Below, one piece after another: positions 47,674 to 54,969 of a stretch of DNA of 54,969 bases; the stretch's first letter is position 1, and every line of letters starts with the position of its first letter. The stretch comes from Thermoplasmata archaeon. GTDB taxonomy: Archaea > Thermoplasmatota > Thermoplasmata > Lutacidiplasmatales > UBA184. The stretch covers positions 1 to 54,969 of the forward strand of contig JAKIVT010000004.1 in the NCBI GenBank assembly GCA_022750415.1, read 5' to 3'. The position numbers and the translations under genes were made by a program. The notes beneath the pieces are model-generated. The model was not told the origin of the DNA, did not search any database, and saw only the letters and a list, made by a program, of their open reading frames with translations.

Positions 47674-47691
47674 TAGCCCCGAGCGGATTCG
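47674..47691 (-). repeat. tRNA-Gln 3'-end copy (exact 18 bp)
   Basis: TAGCCCCGAGCGGATTCG identical to 52205-52222; preceded by a second degenerate copy at 47651-47671 (17/21). Confidence 0.9.
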
Positions 47692-48173
47692 TTTGCGGTT
47701 CCCTCCAAAAGGGATACACCACCGCCCGGGGGACGGAACACCAAGGCACCGGCGGGACGACCTGCTTCGCTCAATCCTGAAGGGGCGCAGAACCATCACC
47801 GGCAGCCCGAGCGGGGCGGGCAGCAAGCCGATTCCTGCCCCATCCGGATTCCGGCGCAAGTTGCTGCGCAATCCTATCGTAGAAGTTCGCCGATCCGCCG
47901 GAATCGGAGGTCTCCGGACCCCTGCGCAGCTTTGAGAGGGGGACCCAACTCTCCCCCTCTGCAAGACGAAAAGTTGTCTGACCCGACCGTCGCCCGGTGA
48001 CGGAACGGCTCGTGTCGAGCGCGGACCCGACCCGGTCGCCAGTAACGGACCGGTGGACCTTCTCCCACCGCATGAATCGCCAGTCCGGGGCGAACGCACG
48101 GCGAACGCCACCACTCCGGGGGTCCGAGTTCGATATGGACTCGGACGCCCACTGCGGTGGGTGGACTCCGTGG

Positions 48174-49193
48174 CTATCCTGCGTCGCGGACCCGCTTCAT
48201 CGCTCGGAGGGCCTTTAGCGTGATCCACTTGCTTGGCTTTCCGGGCTCCTCGATTCTGAGCGGGGTAACGCCCTTCCGATACTGGGCGGCCTGTGGCCCG
48301 GAAACGTCCGGATGCAACCGGTCGATTTGCCAGGTTCCATCTGGTCGTCTCTTCTCCGTAAGGAGCTTCAGGGCGGGCTGGAGTCGCCGGTCCCCTGCGA
48401 ACCCGAGTTGAGTAAGTACGTCGAGTCCGACCAGGATATCGTAGTAGTAGTGATTCGGATAGTGCAGTCGGAGCCAAGGGGGGTAAGGTGGCCCTTCGTT
48501 GAAGAGCCGGCGCCGGAGATAGAACTCCGCCCCCTTCGAGATTGCGGCCTCCATCTCGGATGTACGCTTCGACATGGGGAGCGACGCGAATGCAGCGAGT
48601 GGCTCCCAGACGTCCAGTGTTCCGGGCGTCCCGTGGGAACAGTTCCAGCCTCCGTCCTTGCGCTGGTCCTCGAGGAGCCAGTCGTACAACTTGCGAATTC
48701 GGAAGTCGTCGGCGTAGCCGAACTGGGTCATCATTCGGGCCGTGTTCCCGACTACGCAAGCCTCCTCGTGAAAGAAGTTGAACGGGGAGCTGAGCCGGAG
48801 CTTGAACTCGAACAGGAGTTCGGCAATCCGCTTGATCCGCGGGTCCGAGGCGTCGAGGCCGAAGTCGGCGAGGACCAATGCTCTCCAATTCGTGGAGAGG
48901 TACTTCGGGTAGTAGAGGAAGTCAATCCACCCCTTGAGACTCTTCGGCTCACGCAGTTCCCAGAACCCCTTCGGGCCTTGCGTACGGAGCTGGTCGCGGG
49001 CCCATCCGACTCGGGTGACTCTGGCGCGGGTCGCCCGAAGGTCTGGGTCGGATTCCTCGCGTCCGAGCAAGTCGACCAGGGTCGCGGCACGCACGACCGG
49101 CTGACCCTCCTCCAACAGCCACTGGACGACCTTCGCATCGCGATCGCGGTTCGTGGGCCCGAGCTCGACTTTCACTTTGGCGCCCGAATTCAC
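48174..49193 (-). CDS. Prenyltransferase/squalene-cyclase repeat (alpha/alpha barrel) protein
   Basis: QW-like repeats QGPKGFW, QRKDGGWNC, KRRPDGTW; YPKY, YYYDIL, GKPSKWIT; start uncertain. Confidence 0.8.
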   Translation of the reverse strand: MNSGAKVKVELGPTNRDRDAKVVQWLLEEGQPVVRAATLVDLLGREESDPDLRATRARVTRVGWARDQLRTQGPKGFWELREPKSLKGWIDFLYYPKYLSTNWRALVLADFGLDASDPRIKRIAELLFEFKLRLSSPFNFFHEEACVVGNTARMMTQFGYADDFRIRKLYDWLLEDQRKDGGWNCSHGTPGTLDVWEPLAAFASLPMSKRTSEMEAAISKGAEFYLRRRLFNEGPPYPPWLRLHYPNHYYYDILVGLDVLTQLGFAGDRRLQPALKLLTEKRRPDGTWQIDRLHPDVSGPQAAQYRKGVTPLRIEEPGKPSKWITLKALRAMKRVRDAG

Positions 49194-49403
49194 CCCAGTG
49201 TTTCAACTTTCCCCGCGGATCGAGGGTACGGCCAACCTTGCAACACCGGAAGCAGTGTCGGCCCAACGCCGGGTCGTTCTGGAGGCAGACGCGGCGTCCG
49301 ACCTCGATTGTTGACCACGGAGGAGCTTGGGCACGCGCCCAGGGGGCCACTCCCCCGATTTGTCGAGCCCATTCTCCGGGCTTACCTGAGCTCCGCCGAG
49401 GGA

Positions 49404-49420
49404 TAGCCCCGAGCGGATTC
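49404..49420 (-). repeat. tRNA-Gln 3'-end copy (exact 17 bp)
   Basis: TAGCCCCGAGCGGATTC identical to 52205-52221. Confidence 0.9.
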
Positions 49421-49531
49421 ACGGACAAATTCAGGCTGAAGCGGATGGATCCAAGAACCATCTGGCTCGGGGTCGTCTCGGAGAGTCTGGTCGCAAAGCG
49501 TTAAGAAAGTCGCCACCATTGACGCCATGGG

Positions 49532-49741
49532 ATGGTATCGTCGGCAACCACCGTACCCGTCCGCCCGGACACTCTGCGGAAGCTGAAGTCGTACAAGGTA
49601 GGCGATGCCACGTACGACGATGTGCTGAACGAATTGATGGAGGAGGTCCCACCACCCCAGTTTTGGCGGGAACACTATCGGCGTCTTCACGAGGATACCA
49701 GTGTCCCGCTGGCCGAAGTCAGACGCCGCCTGAAACTCTGA
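49532..49741 (+). CDS. RHH-like antitoxin
   Basis: TTVPVRPDTLRKLKSYK...TYDDVLNELM...VPLAEVRRRLKL; TTAAGA about 26 bp upstream; precedes RelE-like gene. Confidence 0.8.
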   Translation: MVSSATTVPVRPDTLRKLKSYKVGDATYDDVLNELMEEVPPPQFWREHYRRLHEDTSVPLAEVRRRLKL

Positions 49742-49744
49742 TCG

Positions 49745-50008
49745 TTGACCGAAGTCTTTCTCCAGGCAAGCGCGGAACGTGAGCTCGCTCGGCTGCCTCG
49801 CCAAATTCAGATCCGCTTCGTCCACACCTTCGTCCTGCTTCTGGACGACCCCCGGCGGCGCCGACCTGGCCTCGACATTCGTCCCCTGAAAGGGGGAAAG
49901 TCGGCCTGGAGGGTGCGGGTAGGGGACTATCGGGGAATCTTCGAGTTGGACGAAGGTCGGGTAACTTTTACCCGGTTCGCGCATCGGTCGAAGGTCTACG
50001 ACCTGTAG
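49745..50008 (+). CDS. RelE/ParE-family toxin
   Basis: SAERELARLP...DIRPLKG...WRVRVGDYRGIF...HRSKVY. Confidence 0.9.
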   Translation: MTEVFLQASAERELARLPRQIQIRFVHTFVLLLDDPRRRRPGLDIRPLKGGKSAWRVRVGDYRGIFELDEGRVTFTRFAHRSKVYDL

Positions 50009-50058
50009 GCTGGGGGCCGCGCGCACGGCTCAGGGACGCGGGCCGCGATTGCGATTAC

Positions 50059-50430
50059 TCAGGGGGTGCCGATGAGGGCGACAAGGACCACCATCCACCT
50101 CGTGCCACGCTTCTGCCAGAGGCGGACGCTCCGCATGGCGAAGGCTCTCTCCCCGATGGCGTAGTCGGTTCTGCAGGCAACGGCGACCGCCGAGCCGAGG
50201 TCCCGGACTACTACCTCGCTGAGCCGAACCGAAGAGAAGGTCTTCCTCCTGGGCGGACGGTGTGCGGCCACGACGGAAGCCTTGAGGCTCACGCTCTGGC
50301 TCTCCGACTGGACGAAGAGGACGTCATCCGCGAGCAGTTCTTCGAAGATATCGCCAGTATCCGGATCCGCGCTGGCGTCGCCTAGACGGAGCTTCTCCTC
50401 TAGGGCAAGCACCTCTTCCTCGATGTTCAT
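50059..50430 (-). CDS. NTF2/SnoaL-like (DUF4440-type) protein
   Basis: EVLALEE...ELLADDVLFV...VRDLGSAVAV...RLWQKRGTRW. Confidence 0.78.
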   Translation of the reverse strand: MNIEEEVLALEEKLRLGDASADPDTGDIFEELLADDVLFVQSESQSVSLKASVVAAHRPPRRKTFSSVRLSEVVVRDLGSAVAVACRTDYAIGERAFAMRSVRLWQKRGTRWMVVLVALIGTP

Positions 50431-50527
50431 TTTGGATCCCCTTCCCCACGGTCGGCCGGACGGGACTCGCAGGGTTCGCGTGGTCATGACTAATTCGGGC
50501 TCGAAGGGAACCCCTGCCGAGCCGGGG

Positions 50528-50543
50528 AGCCCCGAGCGGGACT
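50528..50543 (-). repeat. tRNA-Gln 3'-end copy
   Basis: AGCCCCGAGCGG exact 12 bp; 16 bp identical to the copy at 51390-51405. Confidence 0.75.
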
Positions 50544-50801
50544 ACCCCATCTTTACGACAGAATGGGTATCAATCCCGACGATGGTGCCTTTGTGCGCGG
50601 AACAAGCCACAGAGAAGGGCCGCTCTACTTCGAGTCCGACGCCGGTTGCTTCGTTATCCCGGGCCGGATTCGGCAGCGAATGCCGGCGAACAGCTGGGCG
50701 CCGCCTGAGGCGCGTGAATCCTCATCGGACTGGACCTCGGATTGACTCTCAGATAGACCGCCGGATCGGGGGCGGCCCCGGGCTCAGCAGAGCGACAGGA
50801 G

Positions 50802-51077
50802 CTACTTTGGGAGCCGCCGATACACGCACGACCGAGGTCCAAACCGAATGAATCGCGCTTCCGATCCATCCCAGCGGAAGATGCCCCGGTACGCGCCGAC
50901 CTTCAGGGTCCAGAGTCCACGGCCCCCTTCGAGGGGGTGCGTGTCAAACTCCCCGGGCAGGCGCAGGATGGTCGACCCCTGGAACCGAAGCAGCAGCTGA
51001 TCGAACCTCGTACGGGGCAGGGTCGGAAGTCGGCGGAGCGACGCAAACCCCTCCGGGCTGAGAGTTACCGGGACCAT
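50802..51077 (-). CDS. RelE/ParE-family toxin
   Basis: LRRLP...DTHPLEG...LWTLKVGAYRGIF...FGPRSCVY. Confidence 0.85.
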   Translation of the reverse strand: MVPVTLSPEGFASLRRLPTLPRTRFDQLLLRFQGSTILRLPGEFDTHPLEGGRGLWTLKVGAYRGIFRWDGSEARFIRFGPRSCVYRRLPK

Positions 51078-51296
51078 CTATCGAGCCGGGAGCCCGAGCC
51101 GCCGGCGGGCGGTCCCGTACGAGATCGCGGGACGCGTCAGCTCATGTTCGGCCCACGCGAGAAAGTCTCTCGGCGGGACAGCGTCCATGAACTCTTCCAA
51201 GATTTCAGCGTAAGTCCGACCCCCGGTCTTGTACAACTTGAGGCGACGGGCTGTGGACGTCGGGACCGTGATCGTCGTGGGCGGGTCCGCGAGCAT
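51078..51296 (-). CDS. RHH-like antitoxin
   Basis: TTITVPTSTARRLKLYK.GG.TYAEILEEFMDAVPP...ARRRLGL; homologous to 49532-49741. Confidence 0.8.
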   Translation of the reverse strand: MLADPPTTITVPTSTARRLKLYKTGGRTYAEILEEFMDAVPPRDFLAWAEHELTRPAISYGTARRRLGLPAR

Positions 51297-51303
51297 GCCA
51301 CCT

Positions 51304-51318
51304 CAATTGGTCCAATTG
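51304..51318. promoter_or_regulatory. Perfect inverted repeat upstream of TA pair (candidate operator)
   Basis: CAATTGG-T-CCAATTG between a minus-strand TTATT element and the antitoxin ATG. Confidence 0.6.
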
Positions 51319-51388
51319 GAATAAGGATTTCTGCAAGTCGCCCTCTGCCAGGAGAGGGCACTGCCCGGGCGGACTGAGCCAGGGAACG

Positions 51389-51406
51389 TAGCCCCGAGCG
51401 GGACTC
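51389..51406 (-). repeat. tRNA-Gln 3'-end copy
   Basis: TAGCCCCGAGCGG exact 13 bp, then GACTC versus ATTC. Confidence 0.8.
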
Positions 51407-51507
51407 ATGCGAATCACGACAGCGTGGGTGCCGTTCCACCTTTCCGGGACGGGCGGTCTATGCTGGTGCGCCCCGTGGCGGAGGGACGAAGGGTTGAAAC
51501 ACTTAAG

Positions 51508-51524
51508 TCTATGGAGCCCATAGA
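51508..51524. promoter_or_regulatory. Perfect inverted repeat upstream of TA pair (candidate operator)
   Basis: TCTATGG-AGC-CCATAGA between TTAAG (51503) and GTG 51532. Confidence 0.6.
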
Positions 51525-51531
51525 TTTCGGC

Positions 51532-51747
51532 GTGCCGACAGACACGATTACGAGCATCCAGGTCCACGAATCCACGAGGCGGCTCCTCGAGAGTCGGAAG
51601 CGAGGTGGAGAGAGCTACGACGACGTGATCCTCGACCTCATCGACCAGGAGCCTACGGAGGCGGAGATTCGAGAGTTCGATCGGAGGATGCGGAAGGGAG
51701 GTCCGGGCATCCCCCTCGAAGAGACACGCAAGCGGCTCGGACTGTAG
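51532..51747 (+). CDS. RHH-like antitoxin
   Basis: TSIQVHESTRRLLESRK.GGESYDDVILDLI...IPLEETRKRLGL; start GTG 51532 (or ATG 51511). Confidence 0.8.
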   Translation: MPTDTITSIQVHESTRRLLESRKRGGESYDDVILDLIDQEPTEAEIREFDRRMRKGGPGIPLEETRKRLGL

Positions 51748-52041
51748 GTGCCCCCGGCGTACAGAGTCGAGCATCGCCCGGCGGCCGAGCGCGAGCTCGA
51801 TCTGCTCCCGCGGGAAACGCAGCTCCGCGTGATCGCGGCCCTCGTGCGACTATTATTTCGACCGATGGGTGGAGACCCGATGCTCGACATCCGACAAGTA
51901 CGAGATGCAGCGGGGATTTGGCGGCTGTCCGTCGCGGGTTGGAGGGTGTTCTACCGCGTGGACGGCCGGGTGGTATCGATTGTAGGCTATCGGCCCCGAA
52001 GTTCCTCCACGTACTCCGACCTCCGAAAGCCTCCCCGATAG
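51748..52041 (+). CDS. RelE/ParE-family toxin
   Basis: YRVEHRPAAERELDLLP...IWRLSVAGWRVFYRV...RPRSSSTY; abuts the antitoxin stop. Confidence 0.85.
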   Translation: MPPAYRVEHRPAAERELDLLPRETQLRVIAALVRLLFRPMGGDPMLDIRQVRDAAGIWRLSVAGWRVFYRVDGRVVSIVGYRPRSSSTYSDLRKPPR

Positions 52042-52204
52042 ACTCGCCCTGCCTGTCAGGGGTACGATGGTCCCGGACATCGATCGGTCGATGGGAGTCT
52101 AACCCGGCACCGTGCCGGTCCGGACAGGCCCTCAAAGGGTTCGAGGTAGGAGAAATGGGGGGCGGGCCTCGAATCTTGCCGACTCGGGCAGATGCGTAGA
52201 CGGG

Positions 52205-52277
52205 TAGCCCCGAGCGGATTCGAACCGCTGTCGCCGGCTCCAAAGGCCAGCATGCTTGGCCACTACACCACGGGGCT
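52205..52277 (-). tRNA. tRNA-Gln(TTG)
   Basis: AGCCCCGTGGTGTAGTGGCCAAGCATGCTGGCCTTTGGAGCCGGCGACAGCGGTTCGAATCCGCTCGGGGCTA: cloverleaf, anticodon loop CTTTGGA, GTTCGAATC T-loop, A1-U72 pair; CCA not encoded. Confidence 0.97.
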
Positions 52278-52367
52278 GCGGCCCGCGACCTCGCCCCAGT
52301 TACTAAAGGAATCTCCCGCCGGTCCGCCGAGCCCACGTTCCAAATACGCCGGGGAGATTCAACTGCT

Positions 52368-53834
52368 GTGCGCCGAACGAAACTCTTCATCACCGTCGGG
52401 CCAGCGAGCGCAACCCCGGCCGTCATCGACCGGATGCTCGGCCTGGGGGTCGACGCGTTCCGCGTCAATTTCTCGCACGGCACCGATGAGGAACATCGGG
52501 CCACCTTGCGGTGGCTCCGGTCCGCGGGCGAACGTTCCGGGCGGGACATCGCAACAGTGGGGGACCTCCAGGGTCCGAAAATTCGAATCGGAGAGATCGC
52601 GGGGGGTGCCGTGCACTTGGACGACGGACAACACTGGACGCTCGACGACTCGAGTCTTCCGGGGGACGCTCGTCGGGTTTCGGTCCCCCACCTGAACCTG
52701 AGGACCGCGGTCCGTGCCGGCGACCCGCTTCTGTTGGGCGACGGCTCCATCGAAATGACGGCGGTCCGGTCGGAAAAGGGCTCGGTACTCGTCGAGGTCC
52801 AGCACGGTGGCGTGGTCTCCTCCCGCGCGGGACTCTTCCTCCCAAGGGCGCACCTCCGGACCGATCTGCTCGAAGGGAAGGACCTCCACGATCTCGAGAT
52901 TGCCCTCTCCGAGGGCGTCGACTTCCTCGCCCTTTCCTTCGTTCGAGCGGCTTCGGAGATCCGGAGCATCCGGACTCGCCTGCAGCGCCTCGGAAAAGGC
53001 GAGGTCGGGCTCATCGCGAAGATCGAGCGGGCCGAAGCGCTCGCGCACATCGACGGCATTCTCGACGCGGCCGACGGGATCATGATCGCGCGGGGGGACC
53101 TCGGCATCGAGGTGCCCCTGGAGCGGATGGCCGTGGAACAGAAGCGCCTAGTCGCCGCCGCGAATGCGGCCCACAAGCCGGTGGTCGTGGCGACGCAGAT
53201 GCTCCTCAGCATGGTCGATTCCCCCCGACCGACTCGGGCGGAAGCGACCGACGTCGCGAACGCGGTGCTGGATGGGGCAGATGCGGTGATGTTGAGCGAG
53301 GAAAGCGCGGTGGGCCGATTCCCCGTCGAATCGGTGGCGTGGCTCGACCGAATCTGTCGGTCCACCGAGGAGGCGGTCAACGCCGGGACGTTGCAAATCC
53401 CTCGGCGACCGGACGGGACGCGCTCCCAGGATTACGCCGTCGCGGATGCGGCGGTCCGGCTCTCGAACGAGGTGGGAGCCTTGGCCATCGTCACGCCGAC
53501 TCGGTCGGGTCGAACGGCGCGCCTCGTGGCCGCCCGGCGCCCCGCGGCCCCCATCCTGGCCGTCTCCGCCGAGCTCGCGACACGGCGCCGGCTCGCCCTC
53601 TCGTGGGGCGTGGAGGCCCGGGCCTGCCCGTCCGACCTCTCGCTGGATCAGATGCGCGCGCTGGCCGAACAGCTCGTGGCGCAACGGGAGGGAGGGAAAG
53701 GCGGGGGCCAGATCGTCCTCACGGCTGGGTATCCGTTGGAGGGCCGCCCGACGAACCTCGTGACAGTCCTCTCGATGGGGCGGAGCCGCGGTTCGACGCG
53801 ACGAGGACGATCCCCGGAAGCAGTGCCAGACTGA
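52368..53834 (+). CDS. pyk: Pyruvate kinase
   Basis: RRTKLFITVGPAS, RVNFSHG, DLQGPKIR, IAKIER, IMIARGDLG, ATQML, PTRAE, DAVMLSEE. Confidence 0.97.
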   Translation: MRRTKLFITVGPASATPAVIDRMLGLGVDAFRVNFSHGTDEEHRATLRWLRSAGERSGRDIATVGDLQGPKIRIGEIAGGAVHLDDGQHWTLDDSSLPGDARRVSVPHLNLRTAVRAGDPLLLGDGSIEMTAVRSEKGSVLVEVQHGGVVSSRAGLFLPRAHLRTDLLEGKDLHDLEIALSEGVDFLALSFVRAASEIRSIRTRLQRLGKGEVGLIAKIERAEALAHIDGILDAADGIMIARGDLGIEVPLERMAVEQKRLVAAANAAHKPVVVATQMLLSMVDSPRPTRAEATDVANAVLDGADAVMLSEESAVGRFPVESVAWLDRICRSTEEAVNAGTLQIPRRPDGTRSQDYAVADAAVRLSNEVGALAIVTPTRSGRTARLVAARRPAAPILAVSAELATRRRLALSWGVEARACPSDLSLDQMRALAEQLVAQREGGKGGGQIVLTAGYPLEGRPTNLVTVLSMGRSRGSTRRGRSPEAVPD

Positions 53835-54969
53835 GGGCGCCGGCGTAGAGCCAAGCATCCGTCCAACCGAACTTCTCCACGGCCACGCCGAACAGGACGA
53901 CGAATCCGCTGCCCAACAATACCTGGATCGAATTGACGAACCCAACCCCGAGAGCGAGGCCCTCGCCCTGCGTCTCCGGTAAGTACGTGGGGATCAGGTA
54001 GAGGATCGCGTAGACGACCCCGTCGAGGAATCCGAGCGCCAGGAACAACGGCCCGATCGTCCAGATGGTCGCGAACGGGACGAGGAGGACGAGGAGGCTC
54101 ACCAGAACGCCGAAACCCCCCAGAAGGACGCGCCGGTCCGCGCCCCGCTCGGCGATCCAGCCCCCAAACGGTCCGCCCGGGAACGAGGAGACGACGACGA
54201 GGGCCGTCAGGGTGGCGGCCACGCCTACCCCCCACTCGGGGTGGACCGTGTGGGCAAACTCGACGAAGTCCTGGGCCACGAGGTAGATGGCGGTCCAGAA
54301 CCCCGTTAGGGCGAGCGCGAGCCCCCACATCGACCGACTCCGGAACACCCGGCGTCCGGCCGCGTACACCGCCGAGATCTCCTGGACGGAGCCCTCGGCA
54401 GGCCGCTTGGGCAGGACGAAGTAGGCCGCGGCAGTAGTAGCGAGGAGAGCCGCGCCCCCGAAGCCGAGCGCGGCCGGCCAACCGAACATGAGCCCGAGGC
54501 CCGCGCCGCCGACGAGTCCGATGGCGCCGCCGATGGAGAAGCCGCCGTTGTAGAACCCGATGACCGGGCCCCGCTCGCCCTCCGGGAAGTACGACGCGAT
54601 GAGGCTGAGGGCGGGCGAGAAAAAGAACGCCGCCCCGACTCCGCCGGCGAACCGGACGAGCGCGAGCGCCGGCCAGGAGGGGGCGAAGGCGGTCGCGACC
54701 CCGGCGAGGCCGAAGACCGTGACCCCGACCAGGGAAACCCGCCGGGACCCCCATCGGACCGCGACGAGCCCGGCGGGGACCTGGAAGACCCCGACCCCAA
54801 GGAGGAAGGCGCCCAGGACGACGGCGAGTTGGGTGGGGGACGCGGAAAGGGAGGTCGCGATGAGCGGGAGGACCGCCCCGATGTTGTACCAGTTGAACGC
54901 GTAGACGATCCGGACGACGAACAGAGCGCCCGAGGGAACGGCCCGTCGGCCGGGCGGGAGCTCGGTCAC
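53719..54969 (-). CDS. MFS transporter (start at window edge, may extend)
   Basis: About 12 TM; GLVAVRWGSRRV motif A; YFPEGERG; GGWIAERG. Confidence 0.9.
   Translation of the reverse strand: MTELPPGRRAVPSGALFVVRIVYAFNWYNIGAVLPLIATSLSASPTQLAVVLGAFLLGVGVFQVPAGLVAVRWGSRRVSLVGVTVFGLAGVATAFAPSWPALALVRFAGGVGAAFFFSPALSLIASYFPEGERGPVIGFYNGGFSIGGAIGLVGGAGLGLMFGWPAALGFGGAALLATTAAAYFVLPKRPAEGSVQEISAVYAAGRRVFRSRSMWGLALALTGFWTAIYLVAQDFVEFAHTVHPEWGVGVAATLTALVVVSSFPGGPFGGWIAERGADRRVLLGGFGVLVSLLVLLVPFATIWTIGPLFLALGFLDGVVYAILYLIPTYLPETQGEGLALGVGFVNSIQVLLGSGFVVLFGVAVEKFGWTDAWLYAGALSLALLPGIVLVASNRGSAPSRGLSRGSSGGPPTDTQP

Larger units (their letters stand above)
42628..52204. mobile_element. tRNA-Gln-anchored accessory island subdivided by tRNA 3'-end repeats (cassette-like array)
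   Basis: Directly downstream of tRNA-Gln; at least 7 co-oriented copies of the tRNA 3' end; 4 TA-like pairs; visibly more AT-rich spacers; no integrase seen. Left boundary uncertain. Confidence 0.75.

Noticed and set aside
46560-48170. Short ORFs in the island spacers (e.g. 46794-47186, 47438-47749, 47771-48073)
   Set aside because: No recognisable motifs; they may be gene debris but cannot be supported as CDS or pseudogenes.
48174-49193. Squalene-hopene cyclase
   Set aside because: About 340 aa, single barrel, and no DxDD catalytic motif; only the fold-level repeat is supported.
42628-52222. CRISPR array interpretation of the recurring repeat
   Set aside because: Spacing is 0.7-3.2 kb and irregular, the repeat is tRNA-derived, and no cas genes are visible.
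53719-53834. Convergent 3' overlaps (pyk/MFS 116 bp; infB/membrane gene 77 bp at 7296-7372)
   Set aside because: Low-complexity tails running on to late stops are common in GC-rich genomes.
196-54904. Numerous long overlapping or antisense ORFs rich in Arg/Gly/Pro
   Set aside because: These are shadow frames of real genes in high-GC DNA with few stop codons.

Overview
GC-rich archaeal chromosome segment. The archaeal assignment rests on aIF5B, a TFB, KaiC/RAD55-type ATPases, TATA-like promoters and an A1-U72 tRNA-Gln without encoded CCA. A Thermoplasmata-like host is my inference. Positions 1-34.4 kb hold mostly housekeeping, transport and signalling genes: truD end, a KaiC-like pair, DNA pol IV, aIF5B, a divergent TFB, an HDAC-family protein, a DEAD-box helicase, cysC, pstS-pstC/A(fused)-pstB, nikR with a NiCoT permease, kdpABC, and a 7TM/PAS-kinase/REC/REC-Hpt cluster facing a REC plus GvpD-like ATPase. 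Positions 35.7-40.1 kb hold a processive GT2 synthase followed by a membrane-anchored clan-A glycoside hydrolase. The most striking feature is at 42.6-52.3 kb. The DNA downstream of tRNA-Gln(TTG) is cut by at least seven same-orientation copies of the tRNA 3' end into 0.7-3.2 kb units. Each unit carries 1-3 small accessory genes: three RHH-like antitoxin/RelE pairs, a wHTH-MNT/HEPN pair, a GNAT, a GvpD-like paralog, a prenyltransferase-fold protein and others. No integrase is visible. This looks like a tRNA-anchored, integron-like cassette array. pyk and an MFS gene close the window. All family calls come from motifs recognised by eye; no searches were run.
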